NCBI RefSeq assembly: GCF_001194135.2
Contig: NC_068981.1
Coordinates: forward strand, 76,758,049 to 76,822,048
Reading direction: 5' to 3'
DNA: 64,000 nt
Source of the DNA: Octopus bimaculoides
Taxonomy: Eukaryota
Position 1 is the first letter of the stretch. Every line of letters starts with the position of its first letter. Both the position numbers and the translations under genes were made by a program. Of this stretch, positions 14,446 to 25,952 are shown piece after piece. Below the pieces are notes generated by a model, which did no database searches, was not told where the DNA came from, and saw only the letters and a program-made list of their open reading frames with translations.

Positions 14446-14498
14446 CCCTTGCCTCTACGAAATCTCATTTAAAATGATTCTTGCTATACTTACGGCTA

Positions 14499-14821
14499 GG
14501 TGAAGGCACTTGGCTTAGTGGTTAGGGTATTCTGCTCACGATCGCAAGGTCGTGAGTTCAATTTCCAGCGACAGGTTGTGTCCTTGAACAAGACACCGTC
14601 TTTCATGCTGCTCCAGTCCACTCTGCTGTCAAAAATGAGTAGTACCTGTTTTTCAAAGGGCCACCTTGTCGCACACTGTATCACGCTGAATCTCTCTGAG
14701 AAGTACGTTAGGGATACACGTGTCTGTAGAGTGCTCAGCCACTTGCACGTTAATTTCACGAGCAGGCTGTTCCATTGATCGAATCAATGGAACCCTCGTC
14801 GATGTAACCGACGGAGTGCCA
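14499..14821 (+). mobile_element. Full-length tRNA-derived SINE, family 3
   Basis: ggtgaaggcacttggcttagtggttaggg (A-box-like), gagttcaatttcc (B-box-like), then a body ending gacggagtgcca; related copies at 5905-6246 and 48259-48423. Confidence 0.85.
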
Positions 14822-15339
14822 GTTCTTACGATTAACTCACATAGACGAATATCAAGAATTAACACAGACGTAAAAACACATACATACTCACTCACTCACT
14901 CACTCATTCACTCACTCACACACACACACAACATTGTATTGTACTGAATTTAAATACAAACATTACAGCTAACCTAAAAAAGGCGGTACCTGGTCGGGAT
15001 GATGGAATTTACAGTTAAACTGGGAGATACTATTTCAAAACAGATGTTCTAAAAATAGATAGAAAAAATTCCATGTATTGTATGAGAGATGAGCGCATCA
15101 TTGGTAGAGAACTATCAGTGGAAAAGTGAAGATCTATAATTAGGTTCAAATAGAAAGAATTTAGTCATATAGTGGTCTGTAGAAGAATGCATGCGTATGA
15201 AGGAATGGGTAGTAGTAACAGATACTCAACAAAATTGAAAGGATCCGAAAATACCTTTTATTTGTTAGAATAGTGTTGCTGGATATATATAAATTTACGG
15301 AAAATATTTAAAAAACAAAGTATGTAACTGGCATCGATA

Positions 15340-15555
15340 ACCATTTCCAATTTTGGCTCAAGGTCAGTATTTTTACTGGGAGTGAGGGAGAAGTCATTTA
15401 CATTCATCCATTGCTTACTGGTATTATTTCTATTGACTCCGAAGGAATGAGAGGCAAAAATCAACCTAGGAGTATTTGAACTCCGAACGAAAAGTCGGAA
15501 GAAATTATACTAAGCAATGTTTCTCACGTGCTAAGGACTCTGCCAGCTCGCCACC
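15340..15555 (-). mobile_element. SINE family 2 copy
   Basis: Ends in tgccagctcgccacc, the reverse complement of the family head ggtggcgagctggca. Confidence 0.8.
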
Positions 15556-15794
15556 TGAGAGTACGCATGTTTAAAACCAGTTATCTTAATGAAGTTCACC
15601 AATAATGAAAAATACCTTTCTACAAGGGTTAAATCTCACTAACATATATTTTAATAATTTGGTAAGACCAGTTGCCAGAACATTATGTCTGCTATCATGG
15701 TTGTGGTGCATATAGAATAGAAAGAAATATGGGATGAATAAGCAAGAAGAACCAATATGGATTCAGAAAAGTGAAGTGCATAACAAGAGATGAG

Positions 15795-15955
15795 GAGCAG
15801 GAGGAGCAGGAGAAGGAGAAGAAGAGGGACGAGAAGGAGGAGGAGGAAGAGGAAGTAGAAGAAGAAGAAGAAGAAGAAAAAGAAGAAGAAGAAGAAGAAG
15901 AAGAAGAAGAAGAAGAAGAAGAAGAAGAAGAAGAAGAAGAAGAAGAAGAAGAAGG
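15795..15955. repeat. (GAA)n/(GAG)n purine microsatellite
   Basis: Direct reading; gives the poly-E, poly-F and poly-L ORFs. Confidence 0.95.
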
Positions 15956-16401
15956 CTATGATAAAAGTAAAGCCAAAATTTAAGCAAAAGAGACCACCAG
16001 GTAAGTGTATATAATAATGAATTCTGTGGTAGGCGTAAGTTAATGTTAACAAGGCGTAGGTCTCTGAGGGATTAAAAAACAACCAGACTCTGTAAACTAA
16101 ACACAATTAAGCTAAAGAAGGGCATTGAAATGAATTAAGTAAAAATGATGGGCAAAAACAGACTGTAAAGTAAAGCTAGCAGGGAATATTTATTTGAATA
16201 TTAATTAGGAAATTTTGTGTGTATATAACCCCGAAATATCCTAATGTATTACAGCACTAAGCGATTAATATAAACAGAATTGCCGAAATGTTCAGGAAAT
16301 TGAGGGCTGAGAAAATATACAACCAGAGAATAATATAAATGTGCTGGTTGAGCAACTTGTAGGTAAATTTCTCGTGGAAATATATTGAAAAGGAGAATAA
16401 A

Positions 16402-16760
16402 GCGGCGAGCCCACCGAGAAAAATGCTTAGCGGTATTTCGTCTGACTTAACTTTTTGAATTCAAATTCCACCGAGGTCGATTTTGCGTTTCATCCTCTCG
16501 GGGTCGATAAGTTAAGTACCGGTTGCGTACTGGGGTCGATCTAATCAACTGGCCTCCTCCCCCCCNNNNNNNNNNNNNNNNNNNNNNNNAAATTTCCGGC
16601 GTTCTGCCTAGAGTAGAAAAGAATATATTGAAATGAGATCAACTTTGCGCTTCATCTTTTTGGGGTCGATGAAATAAGTACTATTTGAGCACGGAGGTCG
16701 ATGTAATCGATTTACTCTTCCCTGAAATTGCTGGCCTTGTACCAAAATTTGAAATCAATA
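16402..16760 (+). mobile_element. SINE family 2 copy followed by a second 3'-half copy
   Basis: gcggcgagc...gaaatgcttagcggtatttcgtc...tcaaattccaccgaggtcga...ggggtcgataagttaagtacc; the 3' part recurs at 16640-16760. Confidence 0.85.
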
Positions 16761-17269
16761 AGTAAAACATGAGTAAAAGTTAGTAATTTCTTGTTAGCTT
16801 CGGAAACAATGCATAGTCTTAAAGTAGAACCAGAGTTTTGATGCTCAGTGCTAAGCTTTTGCCGCTAGCTATCGGTAGAGAGCTGGAATGAATACAACAG
16901 GCCACTTTTTTTATTCCTATGGAAGCAATTTGCCATTTACGTGCGTATTTAGTATTCTTTCAAGTGATGTTTCTCCTTTTCTATGTGTGAGTGTGGTTGT
17001 TGCTGAGAAGATTGATAGCTGTAAAAGTAGAACATTTACAAATATTTGTACATATTAGGAAGTGTTAGTGCGAAAATTGCGTCGTTAGACAGTATCACAA
17101 TCTAGACATTCATGACGTAAACGCATTAACAAATAGCTCTCCTGAATATGTTGGTAGAATTGAAATTGTTTAGAATGTAGGACTCTAAGCTTTGCCCTAG
17201 TTTACGTGTAGTGCATCAATGTAATTACATAGCATCTATGTTAAAATTTCTGTTATACTTGTTCTCATA

Positions 17270-17560
17270 GTTGATACGTTTTCTAAAAGACGTAAGACGA
17301 AATTTTAATTATTGGCTTAACTACATATTTGTAGAAGAGCGGATTATACTCTGCTATATTTTTGTTGTATTTTCTAATTTTATTCCGAATGGTAGTATTA
17401 TCTACAATTGGTTGGTATGTGGAAGGTCGTGTGTAGTAACGTTTATCTTTAAAGACGTTCTTGGCGAAAGCTTCGTTGTAGCTCGTTGCAGCTTTATTAA
17501 AGTTCTGTATATTAGTAGAGAGATATAAAATTCTAAGAAAAATGCTCTTAATAACGTCGT
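17270..17560 (-). pseudogene. Penelope-like element fragment (second lineage), thumb/linker region
   Basis: ORF 17283-17585 gives FNKAATSYNEAFAKNVFK and NKIRKYNKNIAEYNPLFYKYV, resembling PLE 'F..A.P.Y..AL..SG.' and 'RKRNIIW.NPP.SK.V' motifs. Confidence 0.6.
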
Positions 17561-17722
17561 GTTTTTGAAGTGGATAGAGAGGCAATGCATGTAATTTACT
17601 GCCTCGACTTGTTTCCTAAGTGGAAAGTTGAGGAATTTAGAAATATCCATGCATGTTATGCTTGAAAAGACATGGTTCTATGCGTTTCCAGTTAACGAAA
17701 TCGACAGAAATATCATGCTTTA

Positions 17723-17781
<59 letters not shown>

Positions 17782-18329
17782 GTGTGTGTGCGTGCGTGTG
17801 TGCATGCATGCGTGCATGCGTTCGTGTGTATGTGAGTACAATGGAACTATGAAGATCGATCAAAGTTGATGAAATATAGAATGCCTGTAATCAATGAAAC
17901 AAAGAGAACATTTAACCATGTTTTGTGAAATAAACAGACTTAGACTAAAAAGCAAAAGATCAGTGAATGATGAATATCTTAAAACCATGCATGGTCCAAT
18001 CTAATGTTGGGTATTTCTCGTACCGCCATCTGACTGCCATATATATTGTTCACTGACCAGAACGATATTCTGGAAATTATTCTGGAAAGAATAACTTCAA
18101 ATTATCCTCAATAGCAGAAAACGTTATTGATTCTCCTCCTCAAGACCATATATATCTCTGCTTTTCTAAAGACCGTATTTCAAAGTAGTTAATCAAGCAA
18201 CCGGCCCTAAAAAAAGATTCACTTACTCGGAAACCTACAAGCTCTAAAGCAAAAGGCTGACTCAATCACTCATTGACTTATGAGAAATTATTTGGAAGGT
18301 TGGCCATGTAACTTTAGAGCACACAGATA

Positions 18330-18625
18330 CCTCAGTCAATCATTTTTTCAAGAATATAAGGCAGAAATCTTCTTTTTTTTGCGACAAATCTTATTCATAA
18401 CGCTGGCAAAGTTCTCGCAAAGTCCTCTCGACCAGAATAATCAATTTACAAGACGACTTTAAATTTTAACTGGAATGTGATTTTCGATCAGATCTTGGAA
18501 TTTGTGATTTGATTATTTTGTCTTCAACTTTCAAGGGAAATTTCGGAAAAAAGACTACAAATGAAAAAAGACATCGAGAACTTTGCATTGCCTCTGCCAG
18601 TTTGACGATGTCTTTTGACACGATA
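18330..18625 (+). pseudogene. RTE-like LINE RT N-terminal remnant
   Basis: Decayed translations AGKVLAK, FRSDLGICD and EKRHRELCIASASLTMSFDTI parallel RTE 'AGKILAR', 'GFR..RGT.D' and 'EK.REQ...LYIAFIDLTKAFDTV'. Confidence 0.5.
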
Positions 18626-18649
18626 GGAAATCTTGAAATAAAAGTGAAT

Positions 18650-19305
18650 ACATACATACATACATACATACATACAAACATACATACATACATATATACA
18701 AGCATACATACATACATACATACATACATACAAGCATACATACATACATACATACATACAAGCATACATACATACAAGCATACATACATACATATATACA
18801 AGCATACATACATACATACATACAAGCATACATACATACATACATACATACATACATACAAGCATACATACATACATACATACATACAAGCATACATACA
18901 TACATACATACATACATACAAGCATACATACATACATACATACATACATACAAGCATACATACATACAAGNNNNNNNNNNACATACAAACATACATACAT
19001 ACATATATACAAGCATACATACATACATACATACATACATACAAGCATACATACATACATACATACATACAAGCATACATACATACAAGCATACATACAT
19101 ACATATATACAAGCATACATACATACATACATACAAGCATACATACATACATACATACATACATACAAGCATACATACATACATACATACATACAAGCAT
19201 ACATACATACATACATACATACATACAAGCATACATACATACATACATACATACATACAAGCATACATACATACAAGCATACGTACATACATACATACAT
19301 ACATT
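18650..19305. repeat. ~650-bp (CATA)n array interrupted by CAAG and TATA variants
   Basis: Direct reading; the variant pattern repeats on both sides of the 10-N gap at 18971-18980. Confidence 0.95.
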
Positions 19306-19864
19306 GAGTTGAACGTCTGGAAAAAGAATGGTATTCCTGAAAATATGCACGATGTTATCGCATTTCAGAAGGTGATGATATTTGCCGAATCGCATGGAGG
19401 CTTTCAAATTCATTCTATGTTACGATCAGTACTAAGCAATAATGTATCATGGAATGAATAGGTATCGGGTTTATCTAACTATCTATATCTGTGTCCATCT
19501 ATTTCTCTCTCTCTCCCTTTCTTATTTTCACTCTCCCTTTCTTTTTTTTACTCTCCCTTTCTTTCTCTCTCTCTCTCTCTCCAAACACACACCCACCCAC
19601 ACACACACACACACATATCTCATCAGACGTAGAGCATGAGTCTTCTAGGTGTAATCTTTATTTCAGTACGGTTTCTCCTTTTCCATTTAGAGCTAAACAT
19701 TATCATCATTTTGGTTGCATAATCATTTGTGATGATTCTACGCAGGAATGGTTCAGTACCAGGTCGACTTTTCAATGAAAATCAGAGGGCGTACATACAT
19801 ACACAACACATACATACATAAATACATACATACATACATACATACACACATACATACATGCATA

Positions 19865-19950
19865 CCCCGTAGTTAATGTTGATAATGATCTAGGGTAGAA
19901 AACGGCTCTTCTTCTATCGGCAGGAAATTTTGAAATAAATGGGGATACAT
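19865..19950 (+). mobile_element. (CATA)n-embedded short element, family C
   Basis: acccc.t.gttaatgttga...ctagggtagaaaacggctct...ggcaggaaattttgaaataaa resembles the reverse complements of 43395-43497 and 43795-43890; (CATA)n on both sides. Confidence 0.6.
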
Positions 19951-20484
19951 GCACGCATACATACATACATACATGCATGCATACATACATACATGCATGC
20001 ATACATACATACATACATACATACATACATACATACATACATACATACATACATACGAATACGCATGTAGCATCGGTCTTCCAGTTGTTATCAATGTCAG
20101 CCATAATCATAGAGGCGAAATTCCACTTGGTGTATGATATATTTTGTAATCCGATCTGAATAGCACTAACCAGGTCCTTAAAAACATTTTCCTTATCTAT
20201 AACAGAAGAAACACACACGTTACTAATACAGAAAAATAATGAGTCGATACAATTGTAGAAGGAAACGTTCAAAAACTCATTTCAAACGGCCCACTGCACC
20301 TCTACGCCGGTTGTTGACGACATATGTATGTCTGTGTGTAATTTAGCGTGTATGTATGTATGTATGTATGTATGTGCGTATGTTTTATAAACCGACACTA
20401 ACAATAAATTAAATATTATTATCGTTATCATAACGAGTAACATTAATTAACCTCCAAACTGTGGTGGTATGTTTCTCCACTTAC

Positions 20485-20612
20485 CTGAGCCAAATACCAG
20501 GACGAATGGCAGAAGAAAATAGAGAGAATCCTACTACATTTATAATCATTGATTCGTTGCGACTGAACATCAACGAGCGCAGCAGAATCTTCCAATCATT
20601 GTAACTCTCGTC
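20485..20612 (-). CDS. Candidate 128-nt internal coding exon of an unidentified host gene
   Basis: Acceptor ttaattttactcttag|G and donor CAG|GTAAGT; only one frame is open (DESYNDWKILLRSLMFSRNESMIINVVGFSLFSSAIRPGIWL); non-repetitive and not TE-like. Confidence 0.45.
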
Positions 20613-21014
20613 CTAAGAGTAAAATTAATTACAAAGAGATACCTAACAACGATCAGGCAAAATTAAAGAAAAATATAGCTTATATTGTGATAATAGAAGT
20701 ATAACATTCCGAATGCATCCTACAATTGAATTTGAAAATATATATTTTACGGAGTAATTGAGTTAGTACGGAGCACAAAGAAGAAAAAAACAAAAGAAAA
20801 AACAAAGTATTTTTACAGATGGTCCCCAATAACATAATTTTGCATGTATACGCTCCTTTAGTTTGTATGTCTGTACATACATGCATGCATACATACATAC
20901 ACACATACCTGCAGTCATACATATAGATATATATCTTTATATATGTTTATACACACACACACATGTATATATATAAATATATATAAATATATGTACATAT
21001 AGATATGTGTGTAA

Positions 21015-21075
<61 letters not shown>

Positions 21076-21546
21076 NNNNNNNNNNNNNNNNNNNNNNNNN
21101 NNNNNNNNNNNNNNNNNNNNNNNNNNNNNNNNNNNNNNNNNNNNNNNNNNNNNNNNNNNNNNNNNNNNNNNNNNNNNNNNNNNNNNNNNNNNNNNNNNNN
21201 NNNNNNNNNNNNNNNNNNNNNNNNNNNNNNNNNNNNNNNNNNNNNNNNNNNNNNNNNNNNNNNNNNNNNNNNNNNNNNNNNNNNNNNNNNNNNNNNNNNN
21301 NNNNNNNNNNNNNNNNNNNNNNNNNNNNNNNNNNNNNNNNNNNNNNNNNNNNNNNNNNNNNNNNNNNNNNNNNNNNNNNNNNNNNNNNNNNNNNNNNNNN
21401 NNNNNNNNNNNNNNNNNNNNNNNNNNNNNNNNNNNNNNNNNNNNNNNNNNNNNNNNNNNNNNNNNNNNNNNNNNNNNNNNNNNNNNNNNNNNNNNNNNNN
21501 NNNNNNNNNNNNNNNNNNNNNNNNNNNNNNNNNNNNNNNNNNNNNN

Positions 21547-21579
<33 letters not shown>

Positions 21580-22542
21580 GAGAGAGACAGAGAGAGAGAG
21601 AGAAAGAAAGAGAAAGAGAGGGAAAGATAGATAGATAGATAACTAGATAAATATATACATAAATACATATATGCTATTTATGGTATGTAAGCTGGATTGT
21701 GTTTCTATTCATGCATTTGTGTACGGTTGTGTTAAGTGTAAGGACAGCCGTGCGTAAATTATACATATAAAGAATTTGTAACAAACGAAAAACTCCCGAA
21801 GCAACTCTTCTATAGAAGTATGCGTATTAAAAATAAGAACAAAACAGTAAAAATGTAGGATGTAGTGCAGATGAATTTCTTACAAAAATACTCATGGTCC
21901 AAGATTAACGACAAGTATAGTAGAAATAATAACTGTAATATCGATATCAGCAACATATAATACTACTGCATAAAACAGCATCAATGTTTCCAGAAATCGT
22001 AGCAAGAGCAGGAACCAAATGTTTCAATAAAGGTTTATTTTCTTGTTTTTAGCGAGGTCACTCAATGCTTTATAAAATAATGCTAGATGATGGAGTACTT
22101 AGGCATTACCGCCATAGGCCACAGCATTTCGCTGATAAAATGTCGAAAGCAGCTGATCTTCTGAAAATTTTTTACGAAGCACACGTGCGCGCGCGCACAC
22201 ACATACACACGTGCGCACTCATACACGCGCACACATACACACACGCGCGCACACACATACACGCACAAATGTACACATACACACACAAACACACTACTTT
22301 GCATGCATATAGACATTAGAGACATATACGAGTGCATATATATATATGTGTGTTTGTATATATATATATATATATATATGCTTATATATAACGATGACCA
22401 CTAAAGTGGACATTCAATGTGCTAGAAGATCACATGTTGTGTCTACTAAGACGTAATAGTTCTCAAAAGAAATTCAGCGAAATACCAAACCGTATGTGGG
22501 CAAGACAGTGAAGATTACATAAATAAAATTAAAACCTTGTTA

Positions 22543-22606
22543 TTCGTGTACCGGTTTCGGAATTAACATTCTCTTACCGAAAATATTTGTCCCTCTTCAG
22601 CACGAA
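22543..22606 (-). ncRNA. Type I hammerhead ribozyme, intact core
   Basis: UUCGUG-CUGAAGA-GGGAC AAAUAUUUUC GGUAA GAGAAUGUU AAUUCC-GAAAC-CG-GUA-CACGAA; 6-bp stem I and palindromic stem III ACCGGU. Confidence 0.85.
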
Positions 22607-22972
22607 GTGCAAGGAAATTTTAATTTTCAGAATCTTATACAAGTTGTTCACCCCTAGAGGTGAACGTGTATATGATTCTGCTAATTACAACGTAATAATA
22701 AAAATCAAATGTCTTCGTTTTGGCGCGCTAATTCCGGAAATATCTCTGCAGAAAATGGTTACTGCGTAGCATATATCCAATTTGAGAACTTCGTTATGGT
22801 TAATCAAATTAAAACGTAGGGTAAAAAATCAGATATTAATTAATATCGATTTATTACCAGGAAGCTAGCACATTGAAAGAATCAGAGAGATTCAGAAAAA
22901 ATATCTGAGATCTTAGGGGAATAAAGTATATGTTTATATATAACGAAATTTAAGATTAAAATTTCCTTGCAC

Positions 22973-23036
22973 TTCGTGCTGAAGAGGGACAGATATTTTC
23001 GGTAAGAGAATGTTAATTCCGAAACCGGTACACGAA
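22973..23036 (+). ncRNA. Type I hammerhead ribozyme, intact core
   Basis: UUCGUG-CUGAAGA-GGGAC AGAUAUUUUC GGUAA GAGAAUGUU AAUUCC-GAAAC-CG-GUA-CACGAA; predicted cleavage after 23030 (GUA). Confidence 0.85.
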
Positions 23037-23627
23037 TAACAATGTTTTAATTTTATTTATGTAATTTTCACTGTCTTGCCCGCATACGGTTTTGTATTTC
23101 GCTGAATTTCTTTTGAGAACTATTACGTCTTAGCGGACACAACATGTGATCTTCTTCTAGCACGTTAATTGTCCACTTTAGTGGTCATAGTATTCAAATA
23201 CAAGCGACAGAGACATGCAGAAATAAGGAAAATGCCTCCTGTATCTGNNNNNNNNNNNNNNNNNNNNNNNNNNNNNNNNNNNNNNNNNNNNNNNNNNNNN
23301 NNNNNNNNNNNNNNNNNNNNNNNNNNNNNNNNNNNNNNNNNNNNNNNNNNNNNNNNNNNNNNNNNNNNNNNNNNNNNNNNNNNNNNNNNNNNNNNNNNNN
23401 NNNNNNNNNNNNNNNNNNNNNNNNNNNNNNNNNNNNNNNNNNNNNNNNNNNNNNNNNNNNNNNNNNNNNNNNNNNNNNNNNNNNNNNNNNNNNNNNNNNN
23501 NNNNNNNNNNNNNNNNNNNNNNNNNNNNNNNNNNNNNNNNNNNNNNNNNNNNNNNNNNNNNNNNNNNNNNNNNNNNNNNNNNNNNNNNNNNNNNNNNNNN
23601 NNNNNNNNNNNNNNNNNNNNNNNNNNN

Positions 23628-23672
<45 letters not shown>

Positions 23673-23694
23673 TAGATAGATAAATATATTTATG

Positions 23695-23890
23695 TTTGTG
23701 TCTGTCTGTCCTCTCTTCATCGCTTGACAACCGATGCTGGTATGTTTACGTTCCCGTACATTATTGGTTCGGCAAAGAGACCGATAGAATAAGTACTAGG
23801 CTTATAAAGAATAAGTCGTGGGTCGATTTGTTCGACTAAAAACTGCATGGCCGCAGTCAAACGATGAAACAAGTAAAAAGAATAAAAAGA
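23695..23890 (+). mobile_element. SINE family 1, 3' half
   Basis: catcgcttgacaaccgatgctgg...gaataagtactaggc...ggccgcagtcaa...gaaacaagtaaaaagaataaaa. Confidence 0.85.
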
Positions 23891-23977
23891 GTAAAAAATA
23901 CATATATTCACACACATACGCGCGCACACACAGATGTGTGTATTCAAAAGTCTTCTTCCAGTTTTAATTTGAATTCA

Positions 23978-24690
23978 TGCGGTAAGTAGCTTGTTTACCA
24001 GCCAGATGGTTCCAGGTTCTGTCCCACTGCGTTGCGCCTTGGGCAAGTGTCTTCTGACCAAAGCCTTGTTAGTAGATTTGGTAGACGGAAACTGAAAGAA
24101 GCTCTACGTATATATATATCCTTGTACTTATTTCAGTCATTTGAGTGCAGCCTAGTACTAATTCAATTGGGTTCTTTTGCCGAACCGCTAAGTTACGGGG
24201 ACGTAAACACCAGCATCGTTCGTCAAGCGATGTTGGGGGAGGGACAAACACAGACACACAGACATACGCACGCACACACACACACACACACATACACATG
24301 TATATACATATACGACGGGCTTCTGTCAGTTTCCGTCCACCAAATCCACTCACAATGCTTTGGTCGGCCCTAGGCTATAGTAGAAGACACTTGCCTAAGG
24401 TGCTACGCAGTGGGACTGAACTCGGAACCATGTGGTTGGTAAACAAGCTACTTACCACATAGCCGCTCCTGCGCCTATATGGATAGATATATTTGTGCGT
24501 GAATCTGGGTTTGTCCCCACACTACCATCGCTTGACAACCGATGCTGGTATGTTTACGTCCTCGTAACCTTGCGGTTCGGCATAGAGACCGATATAATAA
24601 ATACTAGGCTTACAAAGAATAACTCCTGGGGTCGGTTTGTTCCAGCGTGGCTGCAGTCAAATCACTGAAATAAGTAAGACGAATAAAAAG
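23978..24690 (+). mobile_element. SINE family 1 split into a 5' half (23978-24115) and 3' half (24500-24690) by a nested antisense copy
   Basis: Both halves match 11179-11588 and are collinear once 24125-24475 is removed. Confidence 0.75.
24125..24475 (-). mobile_element. Near full-length SINE family 1, antisense
   Basis: Reverse complement starts ggcgcaggagcggctatgtggtaagtagcttg and ends gactgaaataagta. Confidence 0.9.
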
Positions 24691-24850
24691 ACTAAAATAT
24701 ACGAATACTCGTACACACGCGCGCAAACATACATGTATGTATGTGTGTGTATGTGTGTGTGTGTGTATGTGTGTGTTTCGTTTGGATATATGGTTGTATT
24801 TCAAAAGTCTTGCTCCAGTTTTAATTTGAAAATATGTTATATATATTATT

Positions 24851-24881
<31 letters not shown>

Positions 24882-25704
24882 TATATATATTTATATGTAT
24901 ATACATGCGTGTATATATATATGATTGGTCGCTTGCTTTAGGCATGTAGATATAGTGAATCTTAACCAGCTATATTATATTGCTTTTATATCCGGGGATC
25001 ATATTTCAGTTATAATGACAATCCCTTCAATTGACAACGGATCTATCTCTCCGGTGGGATTTAAGCGCTTAGCCAAATATGCCAATAATGTTTTTACGAT
25101 GCAAATGGAAGTGAACAACGGTTGCTAGTCCAACGATTATGTGTATTCTCATAAATTAGACCCCACAATTGGGTGGATGACTTTGGTGTAATGATTGTCC
25201 CAGTGGGATGGTATTCCACTGTGACATGTTTTGATTTCTGTAGTACTTCGTAACCAAGTGTCTGATCGTGGGCTGTACTCCTAAGTATACTAAATCATTA
25301 GCTGTTTATATTATTTAAATATTCATACGTGTGTGAGTATTTTTGTTAGCCTTTTTATTTGGGAAGAGTTTTAAGGATTACAGCAGGTCATATATATGAT
25401 GGGGGAGACTGAATGCTACAGGTTTAATCACATTTATTATGAAATTTATTTCAGTAGGTCTTTAAGTTTCATCTGACAGTTTCTACAAAAATTATACAAT
25501 TTGAATATGCCAGCAAACCAAACTTGAATTTGCAGCCAAAGCAAACATCAAATATACATTTCCTACTCACACACACACATAAACAAACACATACATATAA
25601 AAACCCACATATATGCACATATGTATATACACACTCATAATTACACCGTTTCGTCAGAATGGCTGATCGTTAGTAAGGAAAGACACACAAATAAGAAAAA
25701 AGGA

Positions 25705-25747
25705 AGCACTGATGAGGTCACAGAAGTGTGACGAAAGAACTCTGGCT
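25705..25747 (+). ncRNA. Minimal type I hammerhead ribozyme, intact core (family B)
   Basis: AGCA-CUGAUGA-G-GUCAC AGAAGU GUGAC-GAAAG-AA-CUC-UGGCU; perfect 5-bp stem II, one extra G after A9, CUC cleavage triplet. Confidence 0.7.
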
Positions 25748-25851
25748 GAAATATGATTAATGTAAAATAAAGCTGAAGCAAATTAACACCAAATATATAG
25801 TGCGTGTGTTCTTATTGGCTAAACTGGCAACATGACCATCCCCAAATACAA

Positions 25852-25893
<42 letters not shown>

Positions 25894-25921
25894 TGTGTGT
25901 ATATATATATTATATATATAT

Positions 25922-25952
<31 letters not shown>

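Larger units (their letters stand above)
22394..23188. mobile_element. Inverted-repeat element (arms 22394-22624 and 22955-23188), probably PLE terminal-repeat derived
   Basis: The arms differ by 10 substitutions and one 3-nt indel on manual alignment; 330-bp spacer; each arm contains an HHR. Confidence 0.85.

Noticed and set aside
15771-16004. Poly-Glu ORF followed by CAG|GTAAGT
   Set aside because: It is a GAA microsatellite with an in-frame stop before the donor.
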